Sequence record: FJ483838.1
Length of the DNA stretch: 3,393 nucleotides
Direction: 5' to 3' (one strand)
Source of the DNA: Escherichia phage BZ13
Shown: one piece after another, positions 1 to 3,393 of the stretch
Numbering within the stretch: the stretch's first letter is position 1
Layout: each line of letters opens with the position of its first letter
Position numbers and translations under genes: made by a program
The notes under the pieces: model-generated
What the model saw: the letters and a program-made list of their open reading frames with translations, nothing else
What the model was told of the DNA's origin: nothing
The model's database searches: none

Positions 1-20
1 ATGCCGTTAGGTTTAGGTGA

Positions 21-38
21 CGGTATATCCATATACCG
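21..38 (+). promoter_or_regulatory. Perfect inverted repeat (cggtatat / atataccg) forming a 7-8 bp hairpin immediately 5' of, and overlapping the first G of, the maturation-gene Shine-Dalgarno sequence
   Basis: Positions 21..28 are the exact reverse complement of 31..38. A realistic fold is stem 21..27 with 32..38 and loop 28..31 (ucca). G38 is the first base of GGAGG at 38..42. Confidence 0.4.
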
Positions 39-42
39 GAGG
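38..42 (+). promoter_or_regulatory. Shine-Dalgarno sequence (GGAGG) for the maturation protein gene
   Basis: GGAGG at 38..42, 4 nt upstream of the ATG at 47..49. Confidence 0.6.
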
Positions 43-46
43 AGCT

Positions 47-1219
47 ATGTTTCCGAAACAGAATATCGATCGAACCTACAAGGTTACACTTATTTCTTAC
101 GACAAGAAGGGTAATGTCACTTCTGATGATTCTTTCGAATCGACAGAGAACTATCTCCTTCAAAATCGTTCGAATTCGTATAAACCTGGTTACGTTCGAA
201 AGGGATTCCGTAAACCGACAAACTTTTGGAATGGCTATCGCTATTTCAATCAGCCCGTCGGCGTCTTTACTCGGAAACTTGACAACGGTGGGAGACAAGT
301 CGCTGATTACGGTATCGTGAACCCTAATAAGTTCACTGCTAATAGTCAGCACTTGGGAGAGAACATGGTGATTTATCCAGGTCCTTTCTCGATCAATATT
401 GATAATAGAGCTAGTGTCGAAGTCCTTAATAAACTTTCTCAATCTAACCTCAATATTGGGGTTGCGATTGCAGAAGCTAAAATGACTGCTTCACTGCTTT
501 CTCGTCAATCGATCTCTCTCATCCGAGCCTACACTGCTGCAAAGCGCGGTAAGTGGCGGGAGGTGTTATCACAACTCCTTATCGCCGAACACCGTTTCAC
601 GAGACCCTCAAGGGATCTCGGAGGTCGATGGCTCGAACTGCAGTACGGTTGGTTACCTCTTATGAGTGATATCAAGGCTGGCTATGATCTGCTTACGCAG
701 ACTAAATTACCTGCTTTAATGCCTCTTAGAGTTACCCGCACCGTTGGCGGCACACACAATTATAAAGTGCGTAACGTCGAATCTGCAGGAGATACTTGGT
801 CATATAGCGATCGGCTCTCAGTGAATTACCGAATATGGTATTTCATCTCTGATCCCCGACTCGCATGGGCAAGTTCTCTAGGTCTCTTAAACCCATTAGA
901 AATTTATTGGGAAAAGACACCGTGGTCGTTCGTTGTTGACTGGTTTCTGCCCGTAGGAAATCTGATCGAAGCCATGAGTAACCCTCTTGGCTTAGACATC
1001 ATTTCTGGGACAAAGACCTGGCAACTCGAATCTAAATTGAACGCAACCATTAACGCATCAGGCTGGTCTGGGACAGCAAAGTTATCTGCATATGCGAAAG
1101 CGTATGACAGGTCTACTTTCTATTCCTTTCCAACGCCTATGCCTTACGTGAAATCCCCACTTAGTGGGCTTCACATGGCCAATGCGCTCGCATTAATTAA
1201 CCAACGCCTGAAAAGGTAA
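47..1219 (+). CDS. mat: Maturation (A / assembly) protein of an ssRNA levivirus, 390 aa
   Basis: Long ORF first in gene order, ending TAA at 1217..1219. Starting at the ATG at 47 gives exactly 390 aa, the size I recall for the GA A protein. The ORF track extends to a GTG at 17 (400 aa), but that codon has no SD while the ATG does. Position and size match the levivirus A protein. Confidence 0.85.
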   Translation: MFPKQNIDRTYKVTLISYDKKGNVTSDDSFESTENYLLQNRSNSYKPGYVRKGFRKPTNFWNGYRYFNQPVGVFTRKLDNGGRQVADYGIVNPNKFTANSQHLGENMVIYPGPFSINIDNRASVEVLNKLSQSNLNIGVAIAEAKMTASLLSRQSISLIRAYTAAKRGKWREVLSQLLIAEHRFTRPSRDLGGRWLELQYGWLPLMSDIKAGYDLLTQTKLPALMPLRVTRTVGGTHNYKVRNVESAGDTWSYSDRLSVNYRIWYFISDPRLAWASSLGLLNPLEIYWEKTPWSFVVDWFLPVGNLIEAMSNPLGLDIISGTKTWQLESKLNATINASGWSGTAKLSAYAKAYDRSTFYSFPTPMPYVKSPLSGLHMANALALINQRLKR

Positions 1220-1222
1220 ATC

Positions 1223-1226
1223 GGAG
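1223..1226 (+). promoter_or_regulatory. Shine-Dalgarno sequence (GGAG) for the coat gene
   Basis: GGAG at 1223..1226, 8 nt upstream of the ATG at 1235, inside the 15-nt A-coat intergenic spacer. Confidence 0.6.
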
Positions 1227-1234
1227 TTAGCCAC

Positions 1235-1627
1235 ATGGCAACTTTACGTAGTTTCGTACTCGTCGATAATGGCGGTACGGGGAATGTTACTGTCGTTCCT
1301 GTTAGCAATGCCAACGGCGTCGCTGAGTGGCTTTCTAATAACTCGCGCAGTCAAGCTTATCGCGTGACTGCCAGTTATCGTGCGTCAGGCGCGGACAAGC
1401 GCAAATACACCATCAAGCTGGAGGTACCGAAAATCGTTACCCAGACAGTTAATGGTGTTGAGCTGCCTGTTTCCGCATGGAAGGCTTACGCCTCCATTGA
1501 CCTGACCATCCCTATCTTTGCGGCGACCGACGACGTGACTCTTATTTCCAAGTCACTCGCTGGTCTCTTCAAGATTGGGAACCCGGTTGCTGATGCCATC
1601 TCTTCACAGAGTGGGTTCTACGCCTAA
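1235..1627 (+). CDS. cp: Major capsid (coat) protein, 130 codons; levivirus coat fold and RNA operator-binding protein
   Basis: The translation MATLRSFVLVDNGGTGNVTVVPVSNANGVAEW...LTIPIFA...GNP...SGFYA aligns along its whole length with the MS2 coat protein (MASNFTQFVLVDNGGTGDVTVAPSNFANGVAEW...LTIPIFA...GNP...SGIY) and matches the GA coat as I recall it. Length 130 aa, TAA stop at 1625..1627. Confidence 0.95.
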   Translation: MATLRSFVLVDNGGTGNVTVVPVSNANGVAEWLSNNSRSQAYRVTASYRASGADKRKYTIKLEVPKIVTQTVNGVELPVSAWKAYASIDLTIPIFAATDDVTLISKSLAGLFKIGNPVADAISSQSGFYA

Positions 1628-1634
1628 GGCGTAG
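1618..1634 (+). promoter_or_regulatory. Hairpin placing the coat UAA stop codon in its loop (cuacgcc-uaa-ggcguag), just upstream of the lysis start
   Basis: 1618..1624 (ctacgcc) is the reverse complement of 1628..1634 (ggcgtag). The 3-nt loop 1625..1627 is the coat stop TAA. Confidence 0.45.
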
Positions 1635-1644
1635 TTCTTCAGCA

Positions 1645-1839
1645 TTGGGTCAGAAAGCAATTAAACATAAGGAAAACCTATGTTCCGATTCACAGAGATC
1701 AAAAAGACTCTATGTATGGATCGCACTCGCGATTGTGCTGTCCGATTTCACGTCTATCTTCAGTCATTGGATTTGGGGTCTTCTGATCCTCATTCTCCAG
1801 ACTTTGATGGACTTGCCTACCTTCGTGACGAATGTTTAA
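1645..1839 (+). CDS. lys: Lysis protein (L-type single-gene lysis), 64 codons, in a third frame spanning the coat-replicase junction; start codon uncertain (apparent UUG)
   Basis: The frame is open from the TGA at 1591..1593 to the TAA at 1837..1839. It encodes a basic N-terminal region followed by a hydrophobic segment LYVWIALAIVLSDFTSIF..WIWGLLILIL that resembles the MS2 L protein segment LYVLIFLAIFLSKFT. It has the canonical levivirus L position, overlapping the replicase 5' end out of frame. There is no in-frame ATG or GTG; the first usable start is the TTG at 1645. Confidence 0.7.
   Translation: MGQKAIKHKENLCSDSQRSKRLYVWIALAIVLSDFTSIFSHWIWGLLILILQTLMDLPTFVTNV
1665..1683 (+). promoter_or_regulatory. 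Coat-protein translational operator hairpin containing the replicase SD and AUG (ACAUA-A-GG-AAAA-CC-UAUGU)
   Basis: Stem 1665..1669 pairs with 1679..1683, A1670 is unpaired, GG 1671..1672 pairs with CC 1677..1678, and the loop is AAAA 1673..1676. The replicase AUG is 1680..1682 and the SD AAGGA is 1669..1673. This is the same architecture as the MS2 operator (ACAUG-A-GG-AUUA-CC-CAUGU), with A at loop position -5 as reported for GA-type operators. Confidence 0.8.
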
Positions 1840-3278
1840 CTAAACATCCTTCACTTGGAGACAGTAATTCGGATGCACTCCGTAAGGAATTGGCATATGC
1901 CAAACTTATGGATAGTGATCAAAGATGCAAAATCCAAAACAGTAACGGATACGACCTGAGTCATATCGACTCTGGCGTACTTAACGGCATATTACTAACC
2001 GCTAAGGCTTCAATAGCGAAGTTACTTATGGGCTTTGAATCTCACTTCCTGAACGATTGTTCATTCTCCAATGGAGCCTCACAAGGGTTCAAGTTGCAGG
2101 ATGCAGCGCCGTTTAAGAAGATCGCTGGGCAAGCAACCGTTACAGCTCCTGCTTATGACCTAGCCGTGCACGCAGTTAAAACTTGCGGACCATGGCTTCG
2201 TTATATGCAGGAAACGTATGGCGATGAGACCAGATGGTTTCGTCGGGTATACGGAAACGGTTTGTTTTCTGTTCCGAAGAACAATAAAATAGATCGGGCT
2301 GCCTGTAAGGAGCCTGATATGAATATGTATCTTCAGAAAGGTGCTGGCTCTTTTATTAGACGCCGACTCCGATCTGTGAACATTGATCTTAACGATCAAA
2401 CACGCAATCAGGAATTGGCCCGACTTGGCAGCATTGATGGTTCGCTTGCTACTATTGATTTAAGTAGTGCTAGCGATTCCGTCTCTGATCGCCTCGTCTG
2501 GGATTTACTTCCGCCGCATGTTTATTCATATCTCCACCGTATCCGCTCATCTTTCACTATGATCGATGGGCAGTTACATAAGTGGAACCTATTTTCTACG
2601 ATGGGTAACGGTTTTACATTCGAGCTCGAGTCCATGATATTTTGGGCTCTGAGTAAGAGTGTAATGTCGTACCTCGGTGTTACTGGCTTACTTGGCATCT
2701 ATGGAGACGATATAATCGTCCCCACGAAATGCGCACCCCTTCTTCTACAGGTATTATCGGCTGTGAACTTTCTTCCTAACCAGAAGAAGACGTTTACTAC
2801 CGGTTATTTCCGTGAGAGTTGTGGGGCACATTTCTTTAAAGGTGCTTCAGTAAAACCTTTTTACTGCAAGCGGCCGATGGAAACCCTTCCCGATATTATG
2901 TTACTCTGTAACAGAATTCGTGGTTGGGGTACTATCGGGGGAATATCAGACCCTCGACTCTTTCCAATATGGAAGGAGTTTGCAGATATGATACCGCCTA
3001 AGTTTAAGGGTGGATGTAACCTTGATCGCGACACTTACCTTGTTTCACCGGATAAACCTGGTAAAACATTAGTTCGTGTTGCGAAGAAACGAAGTGGTTT
3101 TAACCATAAGTTTCGTAGTGACTATGAAAATGGTCGCTATATTCATTGGTTACATATGGGATCGGGCGAAGTGCTCGAAACTATATCTTCCGCCAGGTTT
3201 AGGTGCAAACCTAATTCGGAATGGAGGACACAGATCCCGCTATTTCCTCAGGAAATAGAGGCCTGCGTTCTCTCCTGA
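1680..3278 (+). CDS. rep: RNA-dependent RNA polymerase (replicase beta subunit), 532 aa
   Basis: Largest ORF and last in gene order. Contains RdRp motif A (IDLSSASDS, Asp codons at 2457..2459 and 2475..2477), a motif B-like region (SMGNGFTFELES) and motif C YGDD at 2700..2711. Size equals the GA replicase as I recall it. TGA stop at 3276..3278. Confidence 0.95.
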   Translation: MFRFTEIKKTLCMDRTRDCAVRFHVYLQSLDLGSSDPHSPDFDGLAYLRDECLTKHPSLGDSNSDALRKELAYAKLMDSDQRCKIQNSNGYDLSHIDSGVLNGILLTAKASIAKLLMGFESHFLNDCSFSNGASQGFKLQDAAPFKKIAGQATVTAPAYDLAVHAVKTCGPWLRYMQETYGDETRWFRRVYGNGLFSVPKNNKIDRAACKEPDMNMYLQKGAGSFIRRRLRSVNIDLNDQTRNQELARLGSIDGSLATIDLSSASDSVSDRLVWDLLPPHVYSYLHRIRSSFTMIDGQLHKWNLFSTMGNGFTFELESMIFWALSKSVMSYLGVTGLLGIYGDDIIVPTKCAPLLLQVLSAVNFLPNQKKTFTTGYFRESCGAHFFKGASVKPFYCKRPMETLPDIMLLCNRIRGWGTIGGISDPRLFPIWKEFADMIPPKFKGGCNLDRDTYLVSPDKPGKTLVRVAKKRSGFNHKFRSDYENGRYIHWLHMGSGEVLETISSARFRCKPNSEWRTQIPLFPQEIEACVLS

Positions 3279-3289
3279 TAGTATCAGGA
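3273..3289 (+). promoter_or_regulatory. Hairpin embedding the replicase UGA stop codon (ucctga-uagua-ucagga)
   Basis: 3273..3278 (tcctga) pairs with 3284..3289 (tcagga), with loop 3279..3283. Confidence 0.35.
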
Positions 3290-3344
3290 CCTCCCCGGAT
3301 GGGGTGGGTGGGACCGAAAGGTTCCTATGGAGGTGATATCCTCC

Positions 3345-3356
3345 CGCCGTAAGGCG
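3345..3356 (+). other. Small hairpin with a GNRA-type tetraloop (cgcc-GUAA-ggcg) in the 3' UTR
   Basis: CGCC 3345..3348 pairs with GGCG 3353..3356, loop GUAA 3349..3352. Confidence 0.35.
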
Positions 3357-3362
3357 TTTAAG

Positions 3363-3387
3363 GTGACTAGTTTGCTTGGCTAGTCAC
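3363..3387 (+). other. 3'-terminal hairpin (8 bp stem gugacuag / cuagucac, 9-nt loop) followed by the single-stranded CACCCA tail
   Basis: 3363..3370 is the exact reverse complement of 3380..3387. The loop is 3371..3379 (tttgcttgg) and the tail is 3388..3393. Confidence 0.6.
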
Positions 3388-3393
3388 CACCCA

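Larger units (their letters stand above)
1..46 (+). other. Partial 5' untranslated leader of the phage RNA genome; the window does not begin with the GGG-type 5' terminus typical of leviviruses, so the true 5' end is probably missing
   Basis: No credible coding start before 47. The ATG at 1..3 opens only a ~37-codon frame that terminates near 112..114. Levivirus leaders are about 120-130 nt, and the GA genome length as I remember it is roughly 70 nt longer than this window. Confidence 0.6.
3279..3393 (+). other. 3' untranslated region of the phage genome, ending in CACCCA
   Basis: No ORF. G/C-rich and highly self-complementary. The terminal sequence ...ACCACCCA-3' is the conserved levivirus 3' end, which is the replicase initiation site. 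Confidence 0.8.

Noticed and set aside
17-46. GTG at 17 as the maturation protein start (400 aa, as in the ORF track)
   Set aside because: It has no SD, whereas the in-frame ATG at 47 has GGAGG 4 nt upstream and gives the expected 390 aa. It cannot be fully excluded, because MS2 does use GUG for its A protein.
114-320. 68-aa ORF inside the maturation gene in another frame
   Set aside because: No SD, and it is embedded in a conserved gene. Such ORFs are expected by chance. Cryptic single-gene lysis ORFs do occur in ssRNA phages, but a clear L homologue already exists at 1645..1839.
1625-1786. Qbeta-style coat readthrough (A1) extension past the coat stop
   Set aside because: The coat stop is UAA rather than the leaky UGA, and the in-frame extension would be only about 53 codons before a TGA. 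Readthrough proteins are a feature of the Qbeta-like genus, not MS2/GA-like phages.
2160-2399. 79-aa ORF on the minus strand
   Set aside because: The genome is a plus-sense RNA. The minus strand is only a replication intermediate and is not known to be translated.
3076-3258. 60-aa GTG-initiated ORF within the replicase 3' region, with a hydrophobic stretch
   Set aside because: It has a non-AUG start and no SD, and lies inside the replicase coding sequence. It is most likely a frame artefact.
1-3393. CRISPR arrays, tRNA or rRNA genes, IS elements or other mobile DNA
   Set aside because: There are no direct-repeat/spacer arrays, no cloverleaf-capable tRNA-like segment and no transposase-like ORF. 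The whole window is accounted for by four phage genes and the UTRs.

Overview
The window reads as a near full-length cDNA copy of a positive-sense ssRNA coliphage genome of the levivirus type (Fiersviridae/Leviviridae), closest from memory to the group II GA-like lineage. Gene order and sizes are canonical: maturation (A) protein 47..1219 (390 aa), coat protein 1235..1627 (130 aa), a 64-codon lysis ORF 1645..1839 in a third frame bridging the coat-replicase junction, and the replicase beta subunit 1680..3278 (532 aa, YGDD motif). The replicase start sits inside a coat-protein operator hairpin with an AAAA loop and a bulged A, and the window ends in a terminal hairpin followed by CACCCA. The 5' end looks truncated by several tens of nucleotides. 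All genes are on the + strand; there is no tRNA, rRNA, CRISPR array or mobile element. I see no evidence of a previously undescribed system: this is a well-characterised phage architecture, and the points worth a second look are RNA-level regulatory structures and start-codon questions. Identification rests on my recollection of MS2/GA protein sequences and sizes, not on a database search.
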